64,000 nucleotides of DNA from Desulfovibrio sp. (GTDB lineage: Bacteria > Bacillota > Dethiobacteria > DTU022). The notes under the pieces are model-generated. The model had not been told where the DNA came from and did not search any database. It saw only the letters and a program-made list of their open reading frames with translations. This document shows, one piece after another, positions 9,881 to 18,007 of the stretch. A program made the translations under genes and the position numbers. The stretch spans positions 21,020 through 85,019 of the forward strand of contig JAGUZX010000043.1 in assembly GCA_020060545.1 (NCBI GenBank), read 5' to 3'. Numbering within the stretch: the first letter of the stretch is position 1; each line of letters starts with the position of its first letter.

Positions 9881-9989
9881 CAGTTTTCTTGAATTAATCA
9901 TGCTCATGACGGAAGCCCTGGGCAAAGTAAAAGGCCGGGAGGCGGCAGCTAATTTACTCTCCTGGGACGATAAAGAAGAGGTTTCGTAG
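9872..9989 (+). pseudogene. 3' part of small-protein paralog 2 (continues the frame interrupted at 7056)
   Basis: After excision of the IS plus one TSD copy in silico, the frame continues …SFRSFLELIMLMTEALGKVKG…LSWDDKEEVS*. This aligns with the C-terminus of paralog 1 (QQFCDFTEMMLLIQEKL…RSWPDSPSK). Confidence 0.7.
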
Positions 9990-10107
9990 TTCAAGGTTCA
10001 TATTTGGCGCAGGTGATAGACGGACGGTTGCGGCTTGAGGCTTAAATGAAAGGCATAGTGCCGGGCGTTTTAGTACAGGCAGTTAAGACTGGCGGGGTGA
10101 AAAGCTT

Positions 10108-12186
10108 TTGAATATTCTAGTTGTTGACCGCAATGAAATATTCCCGGATCTTCTCAAAAAGGTCCTGGTTGAAGACAAAAAATGGAACATTATTACCTGC
10201 TCCTCGGGGCTGGTAACGCTGAAGCTCATTCAAAAATTCACTCCCGATATGCTGATCATGGATCTCAACCTGCCCGATATCGACAGCTTTGAAATGCTAA
10301 GCAAGCTGAAAAGCTTCAGCCGGGAGATCTATACGCTGGTTTTAATCGACAAACTGGAGTACGGGAAGCTTGAGCAGGCGCTTTTAGTCGGCATTGACGA
10401 CTATGTGGTGAAACCGATCGAACAAAAAGAGATGATCGCGCGGATCAAGAAAGCGATCTGGTCCAGTTCCCGGAGAAGCGCCCCGGGGATGGACAGGGAG
10501 GCGGGCATCCCTAAGCCCTGGGCGCTGGACGAAGAGCTGCCGGGGGTCAACCATATCATCATCTATCCCAATACCGCCTCCAAAATCCAAGAAACACGGG
10601 GGGAAGCTGCGGCAACCGGGCTGGAAAACGCCGGCGGGACGGATTTTCTAAAAACGGCGCGCGCTGCCGCAGCTGAAATAAACCCTGACGCGGCCGGGCA
10701 TGTGCAAAAGGACAATCCGCCGGTGAAGAGCGCTTCAACCTATACCTTCGGGTTAGTTAAACCGGTTGGTTTAAGCGGAGCGGATGCCGGCCAAACAGCA
10801 GTTTGCGATCCCCCGCCGGAAATCGCCGGCTTAACCCGCTCCGCGATAACTAATGCTCCTGTAGAAACGGATTCTTTTAGCGGCCCGGGTAGCCGGGGTG
10901 AAGCGGCGCCGGCTGAAGCTGAGCCCAAAAGCTGCGGCCGTAATTTGGCCGAAGAAGAAAAGGCCGATCCGCCAGGGTATCTTGAGTGGCCCGGCGAGGA
11001 CGAGTTCAATACCCGCCTGAACACAGGCGGCGGTACGGGGGGCGCGGCGGCCGGAACCGAAAACGCCGGCGGTATTCCTTTTCGAAAAGAGGCCGCGTTT
11101 TTTTCGGCGGGAGCAGCGCCTGCCGCAAGCCGGGATCGTGAAGGCGGCGCGGCGCCGGAGCGTGACCCGTCATATTTCTTTGGTAAACCGGTACGGATGG
11201 ACAGGGCAGGTGAGCCGGCAGAACCGGGACCGGATCGCCTGGAACCTCCCGATGCGTTAAAAGTGGAAGCCGATTTATTACAGCCGGGAGAGTCGAGCGC
11301 TCAGGAAAAACCAAAACCTTGGCGAAGCGCCGGCAGCGTCACGGGAGAGGCAGGCGCAGGAAAGCAAAGCGCCGGGCCCCTTTCTGCCGGCAAAGAGAGC
11401 GGCGCTTATACGGCGGAAGATAAACCCGGCGAAGAGCGATCCAGTGATCGCGGTTTTGCGGCAGAGGGCCTTGCAACCTATTCCTTTGGGTTAAAGCAGG
11501 CGGGAAAATCCAGTCAAGCCGAGGACTGGCCGGCGGTCTCTAAAAGCCGGGCCTACGCCAGGCCTCCGCTGGGCGGCAAAGAGAAAAAGAAGAAACAACC
11601 GGCCGTCGTGAGGATTTTGGGCAACATTTTTTTTGCCGGCTTGATGGTGATGATGGTGACCCTGGCTTTTTTCCTGGTCCAAAGCAGAATGGCCGGAGGC
11701 CCGCCGTCGGTGTTTGGCCACCAGTTGTATGTGGTGCTCAGCGGCAGCATGAACCCCGCTTTTAGCACGGGGAGCCTGGCTTTCGTCTGCCCGATTGAGC
11801 CCGAAAATGTTAAAGTAGGCGATATTATTACTTTTAAAAGCTCGCCGGTCGGCAAAACCCTTACCACTCACCGCGTAGTGGAAATCGACGGCGAAGACGG
11901 GCTTAGTTTTGTGACACGGGGTGACGCAAACCGGGTCAACGACCCCAACCCGGTTCCGGCGGAAAATGTGATCGGAAAGGTAAACGGTGCCATCCCTTAC
12001 CTGGGGTATCTGCTGGATTTCGCCAAAACCAGAAACGGGCTGCTTTTCCTGGTGGTGGTGCCGGGACTGCTGGTGATTGCCTTCGAGTTGCGCAGCCTGT
12101 TCCGGTATGCGGTTGAAAACCAAAAGCAGAAAGAGCTGCAAAAGGGAGGCGGTTTATATGCCGGACGGGTGGTGGATCAGCAATGA
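10108..12186 (+). CDS. Response-regulator receiver domain fused through a ~380-aa low-complexity linker and a TM helix to a SipW-type (archaeal/ER-type) signal peptidase I
   Basis: N-terminal REC domain (phospho-acceptor D in LIMDLNLPD, K in DYVVKP). An Ala/Gly/Pro/Glu-rich linker spans ~aa 120-500. TM segment VVRILGNIFFAGLMVMMVTLAFF. C-terminal S26 domain with catalytic SGSMNP (Ser), TTHRV (His) and a GDAN box. TTG start. Confidence 0.85.
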   Translation: MNILVVDRNEIFPDLLKKVLVEDKKWNIITCSSGLVTLKLIQKFTPDMLIMDLNLPDIDSFEMLSKLKSFSREIYTLVLIDKLEYGKLEQALLVGIDDYVVKPIEQKEMIARIKKAIWSSSRRSAPGMDREAGIPKPWALDEELPGVNHIIIYPNTASKIQETRGEAAATGLENAGGTDFLKTARAAAAEINPDAAGHVQKDNPPVKSASTYTFGLVKPVGLSGADAGQTAVCDPPPEIAGLTRSAITNAPVETDSFSGPGSRGEAAPAEAEPKSCGRNLAEEEKADPPGYLEWPGEDEFNTRLNTGGGTGGAAAGTENAGGIPFRKEAAFFSAGAAPAASRDREGGAAPERDPSYFFGKPVRMDRAGEPAEPGPDRLEPPDALKVEADLLQPGESSAQEKPKPWRSAGSVTGEAGAGKQSAGPLSAGKESGAYTAEDKPGEERSSDRGFAAEGLATYSFGLKQAGKSSQAEDWPAVSKSRAYARPPLGGKEKKKKQPAVVRILGNIFFAGLMVMMVTLAFFLVQSRMAGGPPSVFGHQLYVVLSGSMNPAFSTGSLAFVCPIEPENVKVGDIITFKSSPVGKTLTTHRVVEIDGEDGLSFVTRGDANRVNDPNPVPAENVIGKVNGAIPYLGYLLDFAKTRNGLLFLVVVPGLLVIAFELRSLFRYAVENQKQKELQKGGGLYAGRVVDQQ

Positions 12187-12761
12187 GGTATAAGCTAATT
12201 CTAAGCATCGTCGTTTTGCTGCTGGCCGTTTCCCTTGTCAGCGGCGCCACCACCGCCTGGTTCTCCGACCAGGCGGTTATAGATCCCAATATATTTACCG
12301 TTACTGTCAGCTCGCAAAAAGACAGCGCCTGGGGCGACGGGACAGTCTATCATGCCACGAATCACCGCTATTTTGAATTTACCAAAAGCCAGCTCCTGGA
12401 GACCGGCGGGCGGCAGGCCGACCTTGTGCAGGGGCCGGACGGCAATAAAAAGGTGCTGGGCAAAGTCACGGTTTGGATTGAAACGGTCAGCGGCGTGCAA
12501 ACTTTGTGTGTCAAGTTTGACACCACCGGATACGGCTTGATCGAAAAAACCGATGTTTATGCGGGGCTGCCTTCGGCGGGCAATCCGCCCAACAGCCCCG
12601 GGAAGTATGGGTCGCACCGCACGTATTACGGCAACACGGTAACGATATCCCTGCATCACGATATCACCAGGATCAATGACGGCGGCGCGGGGGTGAGCAT
12701 TTCCCAACTGGGCGGCAGCACCTTAATCCGCATCGCCGCCCATGCCGATGTTTATCACTAG
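12183..12761 (+). CDS. TasA/camelysin (peptidase M73)-like secreted protein with SipW-cognate signal peptide
   Basis: Signal peptide followed by ATTAWFSD (the AxFxD SipW-cognate motif). ATGA overlap with the sipW-fusion stop indicates translational coupling. 192 aa. Confidence 0.8.
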   Translation: MRYKLILSIVVLLLAVSLVSGATTAWFSDQAVIDPNIFTVTVSSQKDSAWGDGTVYHATNHRYFEFTKSQLLETGGRQADLVQGPDGNKKVLGKVTVWIETVSGVQTLCVKFDTTGYGLIEKTDVYAGLPSAGNPPNSPGKYGSHRTYYGNTVTISLHHDITRINDGGAGVSISQLGGSTLIRIAAHADVYH

Positions 12762-12877
12762 GTGCCAAAACTGATCGCATCACGCCAAGACCGGCGATGT
12801 GATCGTTTGCGAGATTTTCGAGAGGGGGGAATAAAGCAACGCAGCATGATCTTGCCCTAAAACTCGCCTAAATTAAC

Positions 12878-12960
12878 GATAATGGCAAACCTGCCGCAAG
12901 GCGGGGACGCAAAGCCAAGGGCCTTTCGCAAGGATGGCAGCCTGGCCGCCGGGGGAAAAA
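12878..12960 (+). ncRNA. c-di-GMP-I (GEMM) riboswitch, copy 1
   Basis: GGCAAACC-UGCC-GCAA(tetraloop)-GGCGGGGACGCAAAGCC followed by a P2 region. It matches the invariant GEMM core (…GGCAAACC…GNRA…GGGACGCAAAGCC…) of the V. cholerae Vc2 aptamer. It lies 25 nt upstream of the RBS of the second TasA-like gene. Confidence 0.8.
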
Positions 12961-12986
12961 GATAAGTGTAAATGGAGGGAGCAAAA

Positions 12987-13604
12987 ATGAATCGAAAAGT
13001 AATGATGAGCGTCCTGGTGATCCTGATGGCCACGGCGGCCGTGGCCGGCGCCACCATGGCCTGGTTTACCGACACGGCAACAGTTGAACCCAACACTTTC
13101 GTGGCGGGGACATTGAAAATCAGGGCCAACGAGGTGTTCAATTGGGCGGATCAAACCAGGCCCAATTGGAACCCCGGGGACTGTGACCAAAAGGAAATTA
13201 CCCTTGAAGTGACGGGGACCAAGTCGGTCTATCTCCGGGCCCGGATTACGGAAACATGGACCATGGTCGGTGCAAGCACGGTAACTTACACCAGGCGGAA
13301 TGCGCCGAACATCACCTGGAAAGTGAACGGACAACCCTGGAACCATGACGGCGCCTGGCAGTTGATCACCATCGACGGCGTTGATTACTGGTTCTATAAA
13401 GGCCCCGTTGACGCCAAACTGGCCTCGGGAGCGCAATTGCTGGTTCTTTCGGAGGTCTGCCTGGATGGAGCGGCCACGGGCAACGACTACCAGGGGGCTA
13501 CGTATACGCTGGCCATTTCTTTTGAAGCGGTTCAGACCACGAACCAGGCGGTAAACGATGTATGGGGATACAAGTTCGAAGGCGGTTCATGGGTGCCCAG
13601 ATAG
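12987..13604 (+). CDS. TasA/camelysin-like secreted protein 2 with SipW-cognate signal peptide
   Basis: ATG 6 nt after GGAGGGAG. Signal peptide followed by ATMAWFTD. 205 aa. Paralogous to 12183..12761. Confidence 0.8.
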   Translation: MNRKVMMSVLVILMATAAVAGATMAWFTDTATVEPNTFVAGTLKIRANEVFNWADQTRPNWNPGDCDQKEITLEVTGTKSVYLRARITETWTMVGASTVTYTRRNAPNITWKVNGQPWNHDGAWQLITIDGVDYWFYKGPVDAKLASGAQLLVLSEVCLDGAATGNDYQGATYTLAISFEAVQTTNQAVNDVWGYKFEGGSWVPR

Positions 13605-13741
13605 AACAGAAAAGGAAAAAGGCAGTTGTTTTTTTCGTGTAATCCGAAACTTGACCCGCTCAATCTTTCCCATGGAAAGGGAAGGATTGGGCGGGGATCG
13701 CAGCGAGGCGGCATCATTTTGTTCAAAAGAGTTGGTGTCTG

Positions 13742-14407
13742 ATGCAAATGCAAAAATTCGTTCCGGCGATCATCAGTTTAGGGATAATGCTGGCTCTGGC
13801 CGGCCTGGTCCTGCTCATCCAACCTTACTATACGCTTGCCCAGGAAGACCATCCGTGCCGGATCACGGTTACCCCGCCGGAGGGCCGTTTTGCGATTGGG
13901 AATATGAATCCGGGTGACACGGCAAGTAAAAGCTTCACCGTGACCAAGGTCGGAGAGGCTCCTGCCTATCTTTACCTGAGGCAGGAATGGCTGCAGGGAA
14001 ACCCCCTCCCGGGTATGCCGGGAGATCTTTACAGCCAGCTCGTCATGGTAATCAGTTACCAGGGACGCCAGATTTACCGGGGCAAGATGAGCGCCCTGCC
14101 GAACCCGGTTAACGTTACCTTAATGACGCTGGGCCGCCCGATCCTGGTCGGCGAGTCGATCCGGCTCGACTGCAGCGTCCACCTTCCGGGGCCGGAGACC
14201 GGCAACGAGTTTCAGGGTTCGAGCGTGGTCACAAGGCTTGTTTTTTATACCGCCTGTTTCGAAGATGAGGAAGTTCCACCGGAGCCTCCGGAGATTGATC
14301 CTCCGGAGCTCCCGCCGACAAACGGCGTATTGCCGATGCTCCTGCTTGCCGCCGGGGTTTCAGTGATTTTCGCGGGGATTGTGCTCAGGAAAAAGGCGGA
14401 GGCGTAA
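13742..14407 (+). CDS. Secreted beta-rich protein with C-terminal LPPTNG-type cell-wall sorting signal (putative fibre anchor)
   Basis: N-terminal signal/TM. Pro-rich stalk (EEVPPEPPEIDPPE) followed by LPPTNG, a hydrophobic stretch and RKKAEA. This is the tripartite architecture of sortase substrates. Confidence 0.65.
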   Translation: MQMQKFVPAIISLGIMLALAGLVLLIQPYYTLAQEDHPCRITVTPPEGRFAIGNMNPGDTASKSFTVTKVGEAPAYLYLRQEWLQGNPLPGMPGDLYSQLVMVISYQGRQIYRGKMSALPNPVNVTLMTLGRPILVGESIRLDCSVHLPGPETGNEFQGSSVVTRLVFYTACFEDEEVPPEPPEIDPPELPPTNGVLPMLLLAAGVSVIFAGIVLRKKAEA

Positions 14408-14468
14408 GCGGCCGCCCGAGACCCTTCCGGTTACAGGCTGCCTGGCCGCCGCCAAAGGAGAGATCTTG

Positions 14469-14714
14469 ATGAACTGGAATTACCGGGTTTTGAAAGTGTA
14501 TGATCGCGAGCATGACAGCTATTATTACACGATTATCGAAGTTTTTTACGATCAAGCCGGCCGGATCGAGGGTTGGGTCAAAAACACTCAGCCCACGCGA
14601 TGGGAAGACTATGAGGGTTTAAGGCAAACGATCCTGGAACATCTGCCTGTTGCGTTTCAACAACCGGTGTTAATCGAGGTTGAAAATGAAAAATTGGTAG
14701 AATGCGCGGATTAA
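14469..14714 (+). CDS. Small hypothetical protein
   Basis: ATG 8 nt after AAGGAGAG. 81 aa with no recognisable domain. Confidence 0.45.
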   Translation: MNWNYRVLKVYDREHDSYYYTIIEVFYDQAGRIEGWVKNTQPTRWEDYEGLRQTILEHLPVAFQQPVLIEVENEKLVECAD

Positions 14715-14911
14715 GTTAGTAATCGATCCTATGCGGATGTATCATCCCAAAAAAAACTTGTGACTGGTAATATTTGTTGCAGGAATTTAAGGTTTATTGG
14801 CCAAAATAAGTATATGGATGTTTGGATTGGATGAGCTGTTAATTGAGACCTTAAAGGAGATGATGGCCGGCAAGATCCTGACTGCGAATTCAAGCAAGTA
14901 AAAATCCTGAC

Positions 14912-15000
14912 CGACAAGGCAAACCCGTCGAGAGGCGGGGACGCAAAGCCAAGGGTCTAAAGCCCGATTGACGGGCCATGATCGCCAGGCTACCGAAACA
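14912..15000 (+). ncRNA. c-di-GMP-I (GEMM) riboswitch, copy 2
   Basis: GGCAAACCCGUCGAGAGGCGGGGACGCAAAGCCAAGGGUCUAAAGCC…GGCUACCGAAACAGG. Same core as copies 1 and 3. The downstream GGTCCCTC…GAGGGAC hairpin (15020-15042) can sequester the RBS. Confidence 0.8.
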
Positions 15001-15048
15001 GGTTTTATTATTTCGGCTGTCGGTCCCTCACAAAGGAGGGACTTTATT

Positions 15049-16140
15049 TTGAGCAAAATAAGGTTTATTAATAGCATCGTGATCAGCGTTGTGATCGCCC
15101 TGATCCTTTCACTGCCGGGGATTTCAAAAATTACTGCCAGGGAAGATCTGACAATTTCGACTGTGGGCGCCGCGTCAAACGAAGCGGGAGCAGAAGAAGG
15201 CCCGGTGTTGCGGGAAGCAACGGCCGGCCTGCCTGGCGGCCCCGATCAGATTGGCCAGGCGGAAGCGGAAATAAACGGTGGTGCCGGAAACGCACCGGAA
15301 CAAAGTTCAACGCCGGGTTCCAGCCCGGAGCAGGGCGCTGTGCCAAAGCAGGAACTGGCTGCCGGGGAACAGTTGACGGAGAAGTCAACAGGCGCGCCGC
15401 CGCAGGAAGCGGTGAAAAATGAACCGGTCCAGGAGACGGTAAAAAGCGAGCCGGCCCCGCCCCCAACCAAGAGTGAAACGCCGCCGCCTGCCGCGCCGGT
15501 CAGCTTCAGTTGGGGCGCCGCGCAAACCTATCGTTACCGCACGGAGATAGTGTTAACCAACAGCGGAGCGGAAGTTTCACAGGGCGTACTGGTCAGGCTG
15601 CCCCTGCTGGAAAACAGCTCGCCGTATCAAAACACCACCCTCACTTCCATTAACTATGAACCTCTTGAGACCACGGGAAGGACAAGCTCTTTTCATCTCG
15701 GAGACATGCAGCCGGGTGAAACGAAAACGCTAATCGTGGATTATACCATTACGGTGCGCCCCGTTTGGCTCAATTCAACCAATGCGACCGTGGAAAAAGC
15801 AAGGCAGGCTTACCGGGAGTACGCCGGGAGCGGCAACTGCTTTGTTCTGGCGGCCGGTTTTGTAAACCGCAGCCGGGAATTGGGTCTTACCGCGCGGGTG
15901 GTCAACGGGATTGCCAACCCGCAAAGAGGGATATTCGCGCCGGGCTATATCCAAAACCGTCACAGCTGGGCCGAGTTTTATGTCGAAGGGCCGGGTTGGG
16001 TTCCGGTTGACCTTACTTTTCAATATTTCGGGCAGCTGCCCCAGGCTTCCCATATCGTCGAGAACTACGCCGACCAATCGCTGAAGCTCAACTATTTCGG
16101 GGGCAGAGTAAGCGCAGTTTGGCACACCAGAATCCTGTAA
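15049..16140 (+). CDS. Secreted transglutaminase-like cysteine protease superfamily protein with Pro/Glu-rich spacer
   Basis: TTG start 8 nt after GGAGGG, downstream of the riboswitch. Signal/TM MSKIRFINSIVISVVIALILSL. C-terminal transglutaminase-like core (Cys in GNCFVLAAGF, His in HSWAEFY, Asp in VPVDLT). Confidence 0.7.
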   Translation: MSKIRFINSIVISVVIALILSLPGISKITAREDLTISTVGAASNEAGAEEGPVLREATAGLPGGPDQIGQAEAEINGGAGNAPEQSSTPGSSPEQGAVPKQELAAGEQLTEKSTGAPPQEAVKNEPVQETVKSEPAPPPTKSETPPPAAPVSFSWGAAQTYRYRTEIVLTNSGAEVSQGVLVRLPLLENSSPYQNTTLTSINYEPLETTGRTSSFHLGDMQPGETKTLIVDYTITVRPVWLNSTNATVEKARQAYREYAGSGNCFVLAAGFVNRSRELGLTARVVNGIANPQRGIFAPGYIQNRHSWAEFYVEGPGWVPVDLTFQYFGQLPQASHIVENYADQSLKLNYFGGRVSAVWHTRIL

Positions 16141-16292
16141 AAGGATCCGGGGTGGGAAAATACGCCGTGAAAAAAAGAGAACAGTACCCGTCCGCTTTTA
16201 AGCGCAAATGGTTTGATCGGGTTTCCGAAGCAGCCATAAATTAAAGGTATAAATTAGCTTCCCCTGGAGGAGAATGATTCAGGGGGATTTTT

Positions 16293-17924
16293 TTGGAACG
16301 TTTTTTCCGCCAGAAACGGATCCTGTGGCTGCTGATCGGCCTGAGCGGCATCGTGTTTTTTCTGGCCGGCAAATTATTTTACCTGCAGCTGGTGCAGGGG
16401 CCTTCACTGACCCGGAGCGCCGTGCAGCAGCGCTTCCAAAGCATCATCCTGCTGGAAGGCCGCGGCGATATTCAGGATCGCCACGGGCGCTCTCTGCTGG
16501 ACGGGCGGCGCTCGATCGGGTTGCTCGCTTTCCCGGCCCAGTACCGCGGCAGTGAAGAAGAGATTATCCACCGCCTCTCTTCAGTAAACGGTATTGAAAA
16601 AATATCTTCCCCCCCGTATGGCCCCCTCCCTTTTTGGGTTACGCCCACCCTGAAACAGGATGTGCACACGCCACTTCCTACATTGCCGGGATTGATCCTC
16701 GCGTCCAGGGTGCAGCGCTACGGGCCTGACGCCCTCGCCAGGCATGCCGTGGGCTACCTCAAGGAAAGCGACGGCAGGGGAGTAAGCGGGATCGAGCTGT
16801 CTTTCGATCGCGAGCTGTCGGCGGGCCAAAAAACGGTCCTGGCGGCGCTGGTGGACGGGCGGAGCAGGCTGATCCCGGGCCTGGGTTACCGGATGCGCAA
16901 AGAAGAACCCGAAGCAAAAAACGTGGTCCTGGCCATCGATGGAGATCTGCAGCGCGAGGTGGAGCGGATCATGAACCGGCGGATCCGGCAGGGAGCGGTC
17001 GTGGTGATGGATCCCTGGAACGGGGATATCCTGGCCATGGCGAGCAGGCCTGATTTCAACCCGGGTGACCTGGGCGGGTCCTTGCTGCAGGAGTACGAAT
17101 CTTTTCTCAACCGGGCGCTCTGGGAATTCCAGCCCGGCTCGGTGTTCAAGGTGGTGGCCGCCGCCGCCGCGCTGAAAGAAGGCAAAGCCGGGCTATTTCA
17201 GACCTACCGCTGCCCGGGCGGTATTACTGTGGGCGGCCTTTTCTTCGCCTGCTCCAACCTGCACCAGAAGCAGGAGATCACCATGGTCGAGGCTTTCGCC
17301 CACTCCTGCAACAGCTATTTTATCAACCTGGCGCTTGAACTGGGCCCGGAGACGGTGGCCGCGTACGCGCGGCGTTTCGGTTTCGGTGAGGTTACGGGCC
17401 TGCCCGTGGGGGAGAAGCCCGGTTCCCTGCCCGCCGCGGCGGATCTGTCCAACCCGCGCGCCCAGGCCAACACCGCCATCGGCCAGGGCGCGGTACTGGC
17501 GACGCCGCTCCAGGTAGCGGCGATGTTCTCTGTAATAGCCAACGGCGGACACAAAATTCAGCCCCGCCTGGTACTGGCGCTGACGGACCGCTACGGGCGC
17601 GAATTCAGGCGCTTTTTGCCGCGGCGCGGTCAGGTGCTCCTCAGCCCGGTGACGGTAAGTCAGCTTAAATACCTGCTCATGGCGGTAATGGAGGAGGGGA
17701 CCGGGCGGCGGGGTAATACAACCGCCGCGCCGGCGGGGGCCAAGACCGGCACCGCCGAAAGCGGCCGCCGCCGGGACGGGCGGGAGGTGCTCAATCACTG
17801 GATCGCCGGCTTTTATCCGATTGAGCAGGCCGGGGCGGTAATCGCGGTATTTGCCGATGACCTCCTGGAGGGGACGGTGAGCGACGTATTCGGAGAGATC
17901 ACGAGATACCTGGAACGAAGGTGA
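16293..17924 (+). CDS. Class B penicillin-binding protein (FtsI/SpoVD-type transpeptidase)
   Basis: N-terminal TM. SVFK (SxxK), HSCNSYF (SxN) and AKTGTAE (KTG) motifs. 543 aa. Confidence 0.88.
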   Translation: MERFFRQKRILWLLIGLSGIVFFLAGKLFYLQLVQGPSLTRSAVQQRFQSIILLEGRGDIQDRHGRSLLDGRRSIGLLAFPAQYRGSEEEIIHRLSSVNGIEKISSPPYGPLPFWVTPTLKQDVHTPLPTLPGLILASRVQRYGPDALARHAVGYLKESDGRGVSGIELSFDRELSAGQKTVLAALVDGRSRLIPGLGYRMRKEEPEAKNVVLAIDGDLQREVERIMNRRIRQGAVVVMDPWNGDILAMASRPDFNPGDLGGSLLQEYESFLNRALWEFQPGSVFKVVAAAAALKEGKAGLFQTYRCPGGITVGGLFFACSNLHQKQEITMVEAFAHSCNSYFINLALELGPETVAAYARRFGFGEVTGLPVGEKPGSLPAAADLSNPRAQANTAIGQGAVLATPLQVAAMFSVIANGGHKIQPRLVLALTDRYGREFRRFLPRRGQVLLSPVTVSQLKYLLMAVMEEGTGRRGNTTAAPAGAKTGTAESGRRRDGREVLNHWIAGFYPIEQAGAVIAVFADDLLEGTVSDVFGEITRYLERR

Positions 17925-17948
17925 GGGTGGGAGAATTCTAATAACCTT

Positions 17949-17974
17949 GAATTAAGTATGGTGTCCCCCGAATT
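17949..17974. repeat. 26-bp repeat GAATTAAGTA(T/C)GGTGTCCCCCGAATT (copy A)
   Basis: 25/26 identical to 35620-35645. The reverse strand encodes ...IRGTPYLI..., the same peptide as the 5' end of the thiolase-like fragment gene. Confidence 0.6.
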
Positions 17975-18007
17975 TTAAGTCGGCAAACGAGCAACCGGCT
18001 ACTTTAC

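Noticed and set aside
9712-9897. 61-aa ORF at the right end of the IS
   Set aside because: It spans the IS terminal inverted repeat and TSD boundary, with no RBS. Coincidental frame.
10740-12141. Minus-strand ORFs 10740..11024, 11006..11314, 11491..12141
   Set aside because: Antisense to the low-complexity linker and SipW domain of the REC-SipW gene. Compositional artefacts.
12201-13436. Minus-strand ORFs overlapping the TasA-like genes
   Set aside because: Antisense to genes with a strong family signature (signal peptide plus AWF.D). No RBS.
14968-15048. Upstream extension of the transglutaminase-like ORF (annotated start 14968)
   Set aside because: This stretch is occupied by the GEMM aptamer and the anti-SD hairpin. 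A TTG at 15049 with a properly spaced GGAGGG gives a signal-peptide start.
16274-16555. 93-aa ORF overlapping the PBP start in another frame
   Set aside because: The PBP frame has the TM helix and family motifs. This one is a frame shadow.
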